Origin: Myxococcota bacterium | Lineage (GTDB): Bacteria > Myxococcota_A > UBA9160 > UBA4427 | DNA length: 64,000 bases | NCBI GenBank assembly: GCA_046583195.1 | Contig: JAYGCV010000021.1 | Span: 11,660 to 75,659 of the forward strand | Direction of reading: 5' to 3' | In this document: in pieces, positions 46,396 through 55,625 of the stretch | How the letters are laid out: the number at the start of each line of letters is the position of its first letter | Position numbering within the stretch: the stretch's first letter is position 1 | Program-made: the position numbers and the translations under genes | Notes under the pieces: model-generated | Told to the model about the DNA's origin: nothing | Databases searched by the model: none | The model's input: the letters and a program-made list of their open reading frames with translations, nothing else

Positions 46396-46722
46396 CTACT
46401 GGGTCAGATACCTCTTCCACGAGCGATAATCGCGAACCGCCTGGCTGGTGCTTTCCACGGCCGGGTAGAAATACTTCACGGCGTGACCGCATTCCTTGCA
46501 GATTCGATAACAGAACTTGAATCCCTCGATCTCGCGCATGCTCCCGATGGTCGCCCGATTCTCATCGGTGCAACACTCGGAGGCCATGGGCGGAGAAACG
46601 ATCTTCCGCGGATATTCGTTGCGGGGCTTTTCGTCCATCGTGTACTTGATGATGTTCTTCGTGAGACGGTTCGAACGCCCTTCGGAATTCTTCTTCCGGA
46701 TATTGCTGCCGATTCTCCTCAA
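46396..46722 (-). CDS. small basic Cys-rich protein (putative zinc-ribbon), unknown family
   Basis: 108 aa from TTG 46722, overlapping the upstream TGA (46719-46721). An alternative is ATG at residue 29 (MDEKPRNEY...). Cys pattern: ECC...x24...CYRICKECGH. The sequence is protein-like and Lys/Arg/Glu/Asn-rich. The segment is visibly less G+C-rich than its flanks. Both overlapping plus-strand ORFs look like junk. Confidence 0.5.
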   Translation of the reverse strand: MRRIGSNIRKKNSEGRSNRLTKNIIKYTMDEKPRNEYPRKIVSPPMASECCTDENRATIGSMREIEGFKFCYRICKECGHAVKYFYPAVESTSQAVRDYRSWKRYLTQ

Positions 46723-47492
46723 GTCGCACTCCTCGGGGTTTCGCCTTCTGCTTCGTAGCGTGCCCGCAGGCTCATCTCGAAGAGAAGGTCGGTTTGATCG
46801 CGGTACGGGTGCTCGCAGGGAGCCCCCTCGGAAAATTCAAGAACGTCACTCTTGCCATCCGCCGACTGCAGGTAGAGACAAGAACTCCGCGTGCCGTAGG
46901 CGGAGGTGTGAACGCAGGTATCGACCAGCGGACCGCCGCCACAATCGTGTTCGCGACACACCGACGCCAACTCGAAGAGCGCGTCGGCGGGGACCCGCGT
47001 CGCGGCCTTCTCGGCACGCTCGAGAATGCGCGCCACCTTCGGGTCGCTGCGGTCGTCGGGGTCGACGTTGCCAATCACGTGGGCGCCGGGCTCGAGCGTG
47101 CGCAGTTGCGGGCTGTGGTCATAGAGCACGACGAAGGCTTCCTGCGCATCGGCGATGAAAAAATTGAAGGGGTTGAAGGCGTCGGCTGGGGCCTGCGCGA
47201 TGATCTCGGCACCGCCGCGCGCGCTGGGGGCCTCGAGGGCTTCGAAGACCAGCCCTCCACGGCTGCGCCTTTGGGGATCCGGCTCCTCGCCACGCCGGTT
47301 GGTGACCGCCGCAAAGACACCGCCGGGCCCAATCCCGAGCCAGGTGCCCCCCGCCTGCAGATCTTTCGGCGCGATCACGGCACCACGCAGGGCCAGGCCC
47401 TCGGCCGGTCGGTCGAGAAATTCGTCGCGGTTGGCCGCCACCACCAGCGGCGCACCGGCCACGGCGCGGTGGAGAGCAATCAGGGTACACAT
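46719..47492 (-). CDS. NRDE-family (TANGO2/DUF833-like) protein
   Basis: Frame of ORF 46719..47516. ATG 47492 gives MCTLIALHR...LVVAANRDEF, an N-terminal Met-Cys followed by the NRDE motif diagnostic of this family. GTWLGI and AVTNRR are also typical. Confidence 0.8.
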   Translation of the reverse strand: MCTLIALHRAVAGAPLVVAANRDEFLDRPAEGLALRGAVIAPKDLQAGGTWLGIGPGGVFAAVTNRRGEEPDPQRRSRGGLVFEALEAPSARGGAEIIAQAPADAFNPFNFFIADAQEAFVVLYDHSPQLRTLEPGAHVIGNVDPDDRSDPKVARILERAEKAATRVPADALFELASVCREHDCGGGPLVDTCVHTSAYGTRSSCLYLQSADGKSDVLEFSEGAPCEHPYRDQTDLLFEMSLRARYEAEGETPRSAT

Positions 47493-47691
47493 CGCGAGTA
47501 GGCGTTCCGGGGGCACGAGGAGACGAAAGGCTCGCGTAGCTCACCAAGGATCGGTCAGAGCGATCGAGAACGGGAGCAGCGAGGAGAAGGCCCAGTATAC
47601 CCCGTGGGGGCCTCTTTCGCAAGCTGGGTGGGGTATGCGACGCGCCTGCCTTCCCGGTCGGCGGCTCGATTCGGTCGGGTATTCTTCGCCG

Positions 47692-48696
47692 ATGCGAAAG
47701 CAGCGGGCCGTGTCGCCCACTCGAACCCACCACCGCAAGGGGCGGTCCCTGCGCAGCGGACACTTCAGCGTGTCCCTCGTGCTCGCCCTTGCCACGGGTG
47801 TCGCCGCGATCGCCGGGGCCGAATCGATCGACGACGAAATCCGCCTGCAGGAAGAGTTGCTCTCGCGCCTCGACGGAGGGCCCTCGCCCGTCTCCACCCC
47901 GCCCACGCTCCCCGACGCTGCCGCGGGACGATCACGGGTCGCCCCGCGCACCCCCATCGATCGCGACTACCCGTCCGCCATCTTCGACGAATCGCAGGTC
48001 GTCGTGGCCCCGGGCACCTGGGGAAACCGCGAACGCATGGTGATGATCTACCGCGTTCTGGATGCCGACCGCGATGGCCACCCCGAAGTCCAGCGCTGGA
48101 TCGACCCGGAGTCGAAACTGCTCGTGCGGCAGGTCGAGGACCGAAACTACGACGGCGTTCAGGACACCTTTAGCGACTACGCCTGGGGGGCGGTACGTGC
48201 CCGCACCCTCGACTCCAATGACGACGGCACCCCCGACACCTGGGAACGCTACGAGAAGGGCTACATGACTTCCCGCGAGGTCGATCGCGATGACGACGGC
48301 AAGCGTGACGCCTTCTACTCGTATCGGGGCGATTCGCTCAAAGAAGAGCGACACGACGCCAACGGCGACGGCCGGGTCGACCTGGTGATCGTCTACGAAA
48401 AGCGTCGCAGGCTGCGCTCCGAGGAGGACGTCGACCGCGATGGCCGCGTCGACACGCGCACACATTTCGCACCCGGGAGCGGCCCGGAGTTGGCAATCCG
48501 CATCGAACGCGACACCCTCGGAAACGGGGGAACCGATACGGTGGAATTCTTCGACACCGATAGCGGAACCGCCATCATCGGTCGCAGCGAGCGGGATGTC
48601 GACGGCGACGGCCGGGTCGACATCGTCTCCTTCTACGAAAAGGGGAAGCTGGTGCGGCGCGAGATCCACGACCCAGAGGCCGCTGCGGGAAGCTGA
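47692..48696 (+). CDS. secreted repeat protein with multiple D-x-[DN]-x-DG calcium-binding-type loops
   Basis: Frame of ORF 47155..48696 with ATG 47692 (alternative ATG 47635). Signal peptide FSVSLVLALATGVAAIAGAES. At least seven loops: DADRDGHPE, DRNYDGVQD, DSNDDGTPD, DRDDDGKRD, DANGDGRVD, DVDRDGRVD, DVDGDGRVD. They are spaced ~20-25 aa apart with Y/F-rich linkers. Confidence 0.6.
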   Translation: MRKQRAVSPTRTHHRKGRSLRSGHFSVSLVLALATGVAAIAGAESIDDEIRLQEELLSRLDGGPSPVSTPPTLPDAAAGRSRVAPRTPIDRDYPSAIFDESQVVVAPGTWGNRERMVMIYRVLDADRDGHPEVQRWIDPESKLLVRQVEDRNYDGVQDTFSDYAWGAVRARTLDSNDDGTPDTWERYEKGYMTSREVDRDDDGKRDAFYSYRGDSLKEERHDANGDGRVDLVIVYEKRRRLRSEEDVDRDGRVDTRTHFAPGSGPELAIRIERDTLGNGGTDTVEFFDTDSGTAIIGRSERDVDGDGRVDIVSFYEKGKLVRREIHDPEAAAGS

Positions 48697-48706
48697 ACGC
48701 TCCCGC

Positions 48707-50035
48707 TCAGTCTCCGCGCTCGGACTGGATCACGATTTCCTTGCGCTGACGATCCCGGAAATCCTGGATCCGCTTGCGCTCGAGCAGCAGCAGCAGCTCC
48801 TTGTTGCGCGCCTTGATGCGTTCGAGTTCACGCGCCAGTTCGAGCTTCGACAGCTTCGTTCGCGCGAACTCGAACTCGACTTCGACAGTGCCTTCGGAGC
48901 CATCCGATGCCAGTGCCGTTACCCGCACCCGGTTGGTGCCGGGCCGCGCGGGTACGAACCCCGAAAAGCGCCCGTCGGGAAAGAGCGAAACGTCGAAAGA
49001 GAGCTCCTGGGTGGTGAGATTGCGGATCACCACATCCTGCACGTCGGTGAACGACACCCCCTGCAGGAAGGACGTGATCTGGCCCGGATTGCGCACGGGG
49101 GTGAAGGTTCCCGAGGTGATTCGCGCCATTTCGTGTACCGCGATGGGAGAGGCCAGCGCGCCCTTACCGAGGGCGAAGGTGTGGATCGTGACCCCGGCCC
49201 TGCGCGCCAGGCGCGCCGCGTTGATCGCCGCCTCGATGTCGCCCGGGTCGTCTTGATCACCGCGGCCGATCGGAAAGGTCGGTCGCCCATCGGTGAGGAA
49301 GAGGAGCACCTTGCGGCGCCCGCTCTTCACCTCGCTCTTCGCCCCCGTGAAGCCCGCCAACTCGGTCACCGCCGCACGTTCCGCGGCGGCGAAGTTCGTG
49401 GCGCCGTTGGGTCCGCGCGCGAGAATCTCGTCGAGCCCGGCTTTCACGGCCGCAAAGTCGGCGGTGAGCGGAACGACGACCTGGGCGTCCTGTTGGGTGG
49501 GACTGGCGCGGCGCTTCGTCTTGGGGTTGACCTCACCGGAAAAGGCGATCACCCCGACCCGCGTGTACTTCGGATCGAGTTCGCCCACCAACAACTTCGC
49601 CGCCAACACCTCCGCCGAAAGGATCTGGTCGTCGGGGTCGGTGTTCACCAGGTGCTCGGGGTAGGTCCCGGGAACCACGAGTTCCTGCCTCGGGTTGAAG
49701 CCCGTCTCGCCATCCTCGTCGACATCAATGCCACTGGGGTAACGCGTCGAGTGCGAGACATCGAGGGCGATCATCACGTCGAAGTAACGGATGCCGGGCG
49801 TCCCAGCCCGCGCCGTTCCCTTGACGGGAGCGAGGTCGACCTCGTTCTCGACGACCTCACCCGGCTGGGGAAAGGTGATCTCCACGCGCACGCCGGGCTC
49901 TTCCGGGCTGGACTCCGCGGCGGCCAGCGGCGAGGACCCGACGCAGAGCGCACCAAAGAGCGCAGCGGCCGCCAGCGCGCGACACGGCCCGCGCCCCGGG
50001 ACGCGAAGAAGCCGCGTGTTCGAGATCGAAATCAT
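48707..50035 (-). CDS. secreted von Willebrand factor type A (VWA) domain protein with C-terminal coiled coil
   Basis: Frame of ORF 48707..50314 with ATG 50035. Signal peptide ...ALAAAALFGALCVGSSPLAAAE. MIDAS-like DVSHST (DxSxS), ...GATN..., and LLFLTDGRPT. The C-terminal ELARELERIKARNKELLLLLERKRIQDFRDRQRKE is a predicted coiled coil. Confidence 0.75.
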   Translation of the reverse strand: MISISNTRLLRVPGRGPCRALAAAALFGALCVGSSPLAAAESSPEEPGVRVEITFPQPGEVVENEVDLAPVKGTARAGTPGIRYFDVMIALDVSHSTRYPSGIDVDEDGETGFNPRQELVVPGTYPEHLVNTDPDDQILSAEVLAAKLLVGELDPKYTRVGVIAFSGEVNPKTKRRASPTQQDAQVVVPLTADFAAVKAGLDEILARGPNGATNFAAAERAAVTELAGFTGAKSEVKSGRRKVLLFLTDGRPTFPIGRGDQDDPGDIEAAINAARLARRAGVTIHTFALGKGALASPIAVHEMARITSGTFTPVRNPGQITSFLQGVSFTDVQDVVIRNLTTQELSFDVSLFPDGRFSGFVPARPGTNRVRVTALASDGSEGTVEVEFEFARTKLSKLELARELERIKARNKELLLLLERKRIQDFRDRQRKEIVIQSERGD

Positions 50036-50111
50036 CGGCTGGATTCTCCTTCGGAAGGGCGGCGGGGCGGGAGCATATCCCAACACGAAGCGCGCACGGC
50101 GACCGGGTGGC

Positions 50112-51068
50112 TCAGCGCCGGCGACCGACCGCCACGCCTGCAGGCGGGTTCTCGGAAGCCCTCCACCCGCCACCGAGACGATCGGCGCGCTCGAGGTCTC
50201 GGGCGATGCGGTCGATGGCCACGATCGAGACCTGCCCCACCGCTTCGAGGTTCGCGCGCGCCGTCGCTTCCGAGGCGGGCGAGCCCGCGGCTTCGTCCGG
50301 GGGCTCGGCGACATTCACGATCGCGACCACCTGTCCCATGCCACGCTCCAGCAGCGCCCGGTGCGGGCCGTCGGGCAGCGCCAGGTCGGCGCCTCGCGGG
50401 AACTGCTCCGAATGGCCCAGGGTGATCGCAGCGTCGAAGAAGACCTCCCGGTAGATCCCGTGGGAGCGCAGGTCACGCCCAATGCGAACCTTCGGCCCAG
50501 CGACGTCTGCAAAGTGAAAGACCGCGCGCACACGCTCGCGCCGACCCGATTCGCCGAGGAAAGCAGCAAAGCTCTCGGCACCGGGCGCGTCTCCGGTCGC
50601 CGCGTCGTCGAGAAACACGAACCAGATCGTGTAGGGCCGGTCGCTGCCGCCAAAGACCCGCGCCAACTCGAGGAGCAGGGCTGCGCCCGAAACACGCGTC
50701 ACGGCGGCCTGGGCTTTCGGTGCTTCGCCGACGACCGAATCCAGGCCCGCCAACAGCACGAGAAGGTCCGACGAGCGCCCGGGCAGGACGCCGAGGAGGT
50801 GGCGACTTGCGCTGCCCCGAGCGGCCGGCGTTAGCGGCCGCAGTTCCCGGATATCGCGGACGCCACTCCCCTGCAGCGCAGCGACGACCGCCTCTCTAGC
50901 GCCCGGCAAAGGGGGGCTGCCGGGCGAGCGCGCGTTCGAGGCGGCGAGTTCCAGGGCGCCGCCGAAACTGCGCTCGGTGGAGAAGTCCGCGGGCCGCGGC
51001 CCGGTACCGGAGACGCAGCCGAGCACGACCAGGGCGGCAAGAGCCCCGAGGGAGACCAGCGCGCTCAC
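50112..51068 (-). CDS. lipoprotein, M28-peptidase-like fold with apparently degenerate metal ligands
   Basis: GTG 51068. MSALVSLGALAALVVLGC is a lipobox. HLLGVLPGRSSDLLVLLAGLDSV and YTIWFVFLDDAATG align by eye with the M28 segments ...v.i.aH.DS and ...f.ff..EE.G. However, the His and Glu-Glu positions read Gly and Asp-Asp here. Weak assignment. Confidence 0.45.
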   Translation of the reverse strand: MSALVSLGALAALVVLGCVSGTGPRPADFSTERSFGGALELAASNARSPGSPPLPGAREAVVAALQGSGVRDIRELRPLTPAARGSASRHLLGVLPGRSSDLLVLLAGLDSVVGEAPKAQAAVTRVSGAALLLELARVFGGSDRPYTIWFVFLDDAATGDAPGAESFAAFLGESGRRERVRAVFHFADVAGPKVRIGRDLRSHGIYREVFFDAAITLGHSEQFPRGADLALPDGPHRALLERGMGQVVAIVNVAEPPDEAAGSPASEATARANLEAVGQVSIVAIDRIARDLERADRLGGGWRASENPPAGVAVGRRR

Positions 51069-51331
51069 AGCATTTTCCCCCTGGGGGATCGCGCTCTCGC
51101 CGTGCGCAGGTCCTCCCGGCCCGTTCGATCAAAAAACCACATTCCGCGCTGACACATTAGACCAGGTGAGGCCACTCCATGACGTAGGCCCTTCTCCTTG
51201 CGGGGCTTTTCAAAGGTCGGAGGCAGGGCTTCTCCCCTGGAAGTCCTGTCTCCATTCCTTTTGGACACCGCGACCGGCTTCGCCGACGAAGCACTCGACC
51301 GACACCCCTCCCGGTCCCCGAGAGCAGGCCG

Positions 51332-52828
51332 TTGTCGCACATCCTCGGAGCCGCCCTGCGCGGTATCGACGGGGTTCCCGTCGAGGTCGAAGTCCGTATC
51401 ACCTCTCAGTTGCCGCGCGTCGAAATCGTGGGCCTGGCCCAGGCGGCGGTGCGGGAGAGCGCGGCGCGCGTGCGCGCAGCGATCACCGCTTCGGGTTTTC
51501 GCTTTCCGGATCGGCGCATCACCATCAACCTGGCCCCGGCCGAACTCCCCAAGGGCGGTGCCGGCCTCGACCTGGCCATCGCTCTTGGGATCCTGGCAGC
51601 CGCCGGGAGCTTCGAACCCGCCGCCGCCGAGAAGACGACCTTCATCGGCGAGTTGGCACTCGATGGTCGCCTGCGCTCGGTGCGTGGCGCGCTTGCCCTC
51701 ACCCTGGCGGCACGCGAGTCCGGCTGCGAGCGTGTCGTGGTGCCCGCCGCCGACGCCCGGGAAGCCGCGCAGACGCCGGGTATCGAGGTACTCGGTGCGC
51801 GCCAGTTGAGTGAGGTGTTGGCCCACGTGCTGGGGGCGGAGAAGCTGACGGTGGCAGAGCCCGTCCCCGAGGCCGCCGAGGTCGATGCACCCTGTCTTCG
51901 GGACGTACGCGGCCAGACCTTCGCGAAGCGGGCGCTCGAAATCGCCGCCGCCGGCGGCCACGGGCTGCTGCTGGAGGGGCCACCGGGCTCCGGAAAGTCG
52001 ATGTTGGCCCAGCGTCTGCCGGGGATCCTGCCCCCACTCGATCCCGAGGAAGCGCTTGAAGTGGCGCGCATTCACGGCGTGTCGTCGGTCGACCGACCTG
52101 CATCACGAAGGGCTCGCCCCTTCCGAGCGCCGCACCACAGCGCCAGCCGCGCGGGACTTCTGGGCGGTGGAAATCCACCGCGACCCGGCGAGGTCTCGTT
52201 GGCCCACTTCGGGGTGCTGTTTCTCGATGAAATCCCGGAGTTCGACAGGGCCAGCCTCGAAGCGCTGCGGCAGGTCCTCGAATCGCACGAGGTCGCAATC
52301 TCTCGCGCCGCTTTCAGCACCCACTTCCCGGCCCACTTCCAGCTGGTGGCGGCCTGCAACCCCTGCCCCTGCGGTTTCTACCGGAGCGGTCAACGCGACT
52401 GCGCCTGCGATGCCGCGGCCATCGCCCGCTACCGCAGGCGCCTCTCGGGCCCGCTGCTCGACCGCATCGACCTGCGTGTGGGCGTTTCCGCGGTGACCTG
52501 GAGCGACCTTGCGCAGAGAGACCCCGATGGGCGCAGCAGTCGGGAGATCCGCAGGGGCATCCTGGCAGCGCGAGCGATCCAACGCCGACGCGGAGTGCGG
52601 GCCAATGCTGAACTTCCGGACTCGCGCCTCGACGACGAGGTTCGGGCGACCCCGGAGGCACTGCAGCTCCTCGGTCGCAGCGTCGACCGAATGGCCCTCA
52701 CCGCCCGGGGCGCGCGGCGCATCCTTCGCGTCGCGCGCAGCGTGGCCGACCTCGCCGGAGAGGAGCGGGTCTCGCCCGCGGCGATGGCCGAAGCCCTCGG
52801 CTACCGCCGCGAAACCGCCATCGGCTAG
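51332..52828 (+). CDS. comM: YifB/ComM-family Mg-chelatase-like AAA+ ATPase
   Basis: TTG start, 498 aa. N-terminal Lon-protease-like domain (VEVEV...GLPRVEIVGL, KGGAGLDLAIALGIL). Then DVRGQ..AKRALEIAAAGGH.LLL.GPPGSGKSMLA (Walker A), VLFLDEIPEF (Walker B), and a C-terminal Mg_chelatase_C-like region. Confidence 0.9.
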   Translation: MSHILGAALRGIDGVPVEVEVRITSQLPRVEIVGLAQAAVRESAARVRAAITASGFRFPDRRITINLAPAELPKGGAGLDLAIALGILAAAGSFEPAAAEKTTFIGELALDGRLRSVRGALALTLAARESGCERVVVPAADAREAAQTPGIEVLGARQLSEVLAHVLGAEKLTVAEPVPEAAEVDAPCLRDVRGQTFAKRALEIAAAGGHGLLLEGPPGSGKSMLAQRLPGILPPLDPEEALEVARIHGVSSVDRPASRRARPFRAPHHSASRAGLLGGGNPPRPGEVSLAHFGVLFLDEIPEFDRASLEALRQVLESHEVAISRAAFSTHFPAHFQLVAACNPCPCGFYRSGQRDCACDAAAIARYRRRLSGPLLDRIDLRVGVSAVTWSDLAQRDPDGRSSREIRRGILAARAIQRRRGVRANAELPDSRLDDEVRATPEALQLLGRSVDRMALTARGARRILRVARSVADLAGEERVSPAAMAEALGYRRETAIG

Positions 52829-53025
52829 ACGCAGCGGGGAAGGACCTCGGGTGTCTGAAATCGGACGCCCCGGCGCAAAAGCGTCGAAAATCGAACGCAG
52901 CTCCTTGCGGAGTGCCCCCGGGGGCGAGGCGGAACGGGAGCGATTCCGGGCACTTCGACCCGCGCTGCAGCAAGGGCGGGGGTGGCACGCCGTATGCAAC
53001 TGCAAGGGGAAGGGGAGGACATCGA

Positions 53026-53319
53026 ATGAATATCGCAATCCAGGAAACATCGATCGAGCCGGGGCTGGACCTCGAACGAGGTCCGTGTGACGCCGAACTC
53101 GCGGCCATCGAAGACATCGAAGCCAGCGAGCGCGTACAGCAGAACGCTTCGGATCCGATGCGTGTCACGCTGCTCGAGTTGGTCGAGGCCGTCAGCGACA
53201 TCTCCGAAACCGAGTCCGAGATCGTCGCCACGGTCACCTACATGCTGGGATCTGGAAGCGTCGAACTGACTGGCGCCTTCCGCGACCAGCCGATCGGAAC
53301 CCTGCTCGCGGCTTGCTAG
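53026..53319 (+). CDS. small acidic hypothetical protein
   Basis: Frame of ORF 52912..53319. ATG 53026 is preceded by AAGGGGAAGGGGAGGA. 97 aa, very Glu/Asp-rich, with no signal peptide or recognisable motif. Confidence 0.45.
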   Translation: MNIAIQETSIEPGLDLERGPCDAELAAIEDIEASERVQQNASDPMRVTLLELVEAVSDISETESEIVATVTYMLGSGSVELTGAFRDQPIGTLLAAC

Positions 53320-53376
53320 CTCAAGCGCGCGAGAGATCGCGAACGACCCGCCCTTCGGGCACGGGCCGGGCTGCGA

Positions 53377-53955
53377 TCAATAGAAGCGGTACATCGCTCC
53401 CCAGCTGAGGGACACGTAGTTCATGTCCTTCACCGGTGTACCCAGCGACCACACGTAACTCGCCCCCACTGTCAGGACGACTTCGTCCGTCAGGTAGTAG
53501 TCGACCCCGCCACCCCAGCGCGTGGCAAAACCAATTTCGCGGCCGCGGGAAGTGCGGAACGAACTCGCACCCAGGCCTACCAGGGCGTAGGGCTGGACCA
53601 GCCCCCCGGCAATCATGTCGGTGAGGGGGTACACGCGAGCGTTGAACGTCGTCGCCCAGGCCGATCCGCCGCGACCAGTCGCATTCATGTCCGGCATGAA
53701 GTCGAAGTGGACTTCGACGGCGAACCAGGAGTTCGCCCGGATGCCGGCGCGAATGTCGAAACCAAGACTGTTGTCTGCACTGTTGCCCGTGCTCGCGTCT
53801 GCGCCGAATTCCTCGAAGGCGTAGACCCCCGCACCCTGGAGATAGGTGCTCGCCTCCATCCACATGGGCCCTTCATCGTCGGCCACGACTGGCATCGCGA
53901 CGAGAACTAGAATGGCGGCACAGGTCAGCGAGCCAATCGAGAATCGATCCCTCAT
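53377..53955 (-). CDS. small outer-membrane beta-barrel protein (OmpA-N/OmpW-like porin family)
   Basis: 192 aa. Signal peptide SLTCAAILVLVAMPVVADD, alternating beta-strand pattern, and C-terminal ...SLSWGAMYRFY with a terminal aromatic residue typical of OM barrels. Confidence 0.7.
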   Translation of the reverse strand: MRDRFSIGSLTCAAILVLVAMPVVADDEGPMWMEASTYLQGAGVYAFEEFGADASTGNSADNSLGFDIRAGIRANSWFAVEVHFDFMPDMNATGRGGSAWATTFNARVYPLTDMIAGGLVQPYALVGLGASSFRTSRGREIGFATRWGGGVDYYLTDEVVLTVGASYVWSLGTPVKDMNYVSLSWGAMYRFY

Positions 53956-54176
53956 GCAGATTCCTCCGTTGATGGACTACGGCGTCCGTGTCTTTCTACA
54001 CCATCCCGAGGGCATTTTGCAGCCAAAGGCGCGTCTTCGGGTGGCAACGTGAAACCTCGCGTCGCTCCCGGATGCCGTTGGTAAAACACCCCGGCGTGGG
54101 CCGATGGCGTATCCTAGGGTTGGACGCGGCAGAGACACGCGCCGCGCCGCGAGGCCGGACGCAGGGAGGATCGCAG

Positions 54177-55052
54177 TTGAAGGGGATCATCCTCGCTGGG
54201 GGATCGGGCACACGGCTGTACCCGAGCACCCTGGGCGTGAGCAAACAGCTGCTGCCGGTCTACGACAAGCCGATGATCTACTACCCGCTCTCGACGCTGA
54301 TGCTGTCGGGAATCCGCGAGATCCTGATCATCACCACCCCGGAAGACCGGGCAGGCTTCGAGCGCGTGTTGGGCGATGGCTCGGGACTCGGGCTGCATTT
54401 CGAGTACGCGGTCCAGAAGGAGCCCGCCGGGATCGCGGAAGCCTTCTTGATCGGCGAATCCTTCATCGGCGGCGCCCCGGTGGCGTTGGCTCTCGGCGAC
54501 AACATTTTCTACGGACACGGCTTTCCCGAAGCGCTCGCAAACGCCGCACGCAGCACCGAGGGGGCCACCGTCTTCGCCTACTGGGTGCACGACCCCGAGC
54601 GCTACGGCGTCGTCGACTTCGACGAAAACGGAAACGCCAGGAGCATCGAGGAAAAGCCCGCTCGGCCGCGCTCGAACTACGCGGTAACGGGCCTCTACTT
54701 TTACGACGCGCGCGTGGTGGAAATCGCGAAAAGCCTGAAACCCTCGGCCCGCGGAGAACTCGAGATCACGGATGTGAACCTCGCCTACCTCGAGGATCAG
54801 ACGCTGCGCGTCGAGGTCATCGGGCGCGGCACGGCCTGGCTCGACACCGGCACCCACGAGTCGCTGCACCAGGCCTCGAACTTCATCCAGGCGATCCAGG
54901 ACCGCCAGGGGCTGAAGGTGGCTTGCGTCGAAGAGATCGCCTTTCGCCAGGGCTATATCGACCGCAAGGCCCTCGAGGCCGCCGGCCACGAGATGAGAAA
55001 GAACAGCTACGGCGAATACCTGCTCGAGATTGCCGGAGAAGACGCCGGGTGA
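54177..55052 (+). CDS. rfbA: glucose-1-phosphate thymidylyltransferase
   Basis: Frame of ORF 53988..55052. TTG 54177 is preceded by GGGAGGA. Motifs: [16 protein letters not shown]...[64 protein letters not shown] and GTAWLDTGT. Confidence 0.95.
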   Translation: MKGIILAGGSGTRLYPSTLGVSKQLLPVYDKPMIYYPLSTLMLSGIREILIITTPEDRAGFERVLGDGSGLGLHFEYAVQKEPAGIAEAFLIGESFIGGAPVALALGDNIFYGHGFPEALANAARSTEGATVFAYWVHDPERYGVVDFDENGNARSIEEKPARPRSNYAVTGLYFYDARVVEIAKSLKPSARGELEITDVNLAYLEDQTLRVEVIGRGTAWLDTGTHESLHQASNFIQAIQDRQGLKVACVEEIAFRQGYIDRKALEAAGHEMRKNSYGEYLLEIAGEDAG

Positions 55053-55603
55053 AGTTCCACGAGACGGACCTTCCCGGGGTCGTCCTGATCGAGCCCGACG
55101 TGCACCGCGACGACCGCGGTTTCTTTCTCGAGACCTATAGCGAGGAGCGCTATCGCGAGGGTGGCATCGAAGGCCGCTTCGTTCAGGACAACCACTCGCG
55201 TTCCGTAAAAAGCACCCTGCGCGGGCTCCACGCCCAGGTGGAACGACCCCAGGCAAAGCTCGTGCGCGTGATCGAGGGCGAGGTCTACGACGTGGCGGTG
55301 GACATCCGCCGCGGATCGCCCCACTTCGGTCAATACTTCGGGGCGCGCCTATCCAGCGAGAACTTCCTGCAGCTCTACACCCCTGCTGGCTTCGCCCACG
55401 GCTTCTGCGTCACGAGCCCCGTCTGCCAACTCGAGTACAAGTGCAGCGACTACTACGTTCGCGAAGCGGAGATTGCGATCGCCTGGAACGATCCCGAGAT
55501 CGGCATCGCCTGGCCGGTTTCCCGCCCGCTGCTCTCGGACCGCGACCGCGACGCCCCCACCCTTGCTGGGCTCGGCGAACGGCTACCGCGCTACGAAGGC
55601 TGA
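55049..55603 (+). CDS. rfbC: dTDP-4-dehydrorhamnose 3,5-epimerase
   Basis: Frame of ORF 54104..55603. GTG 55049 overlaps the rfbA TGA (GTGA). Motifs: [43 protein letters not shown] and GFAHGF. Confidence 0.95.
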   Translation: MKFHETDLPGVVLIEPDVHRDDRGFFLETYSEERYREGGIEGRFVQDNHSRSVKSTLRGLHAQVERPQAKLVRVIEGEVYDVAVDIRRGSPHFGQYFGARLSSENFLQLYTPAGFAHGFCVTSPVCQLEYKCSDYYVREAEIAIAWNDPEIGIAWPVSRPLLSDRDRDAPTLAGLGERLPRYEG

Positions 55604-55625
55604 GCCCCCAGCGCGATCGGATCCT

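Noticed and set aside
51069-51331. 263-nt intergenic region between the M28-like lipoprotein gene and comM examined for an ncRNA or tRNA
   Set aside because: It contains only short palindromes (for example TCCCCCtGGGGGA at 51075-51087, which overlaps the likely SD of the minus-strand gene) and a short A-run. I could see no cloverleaf or extended conserved-looking structure.
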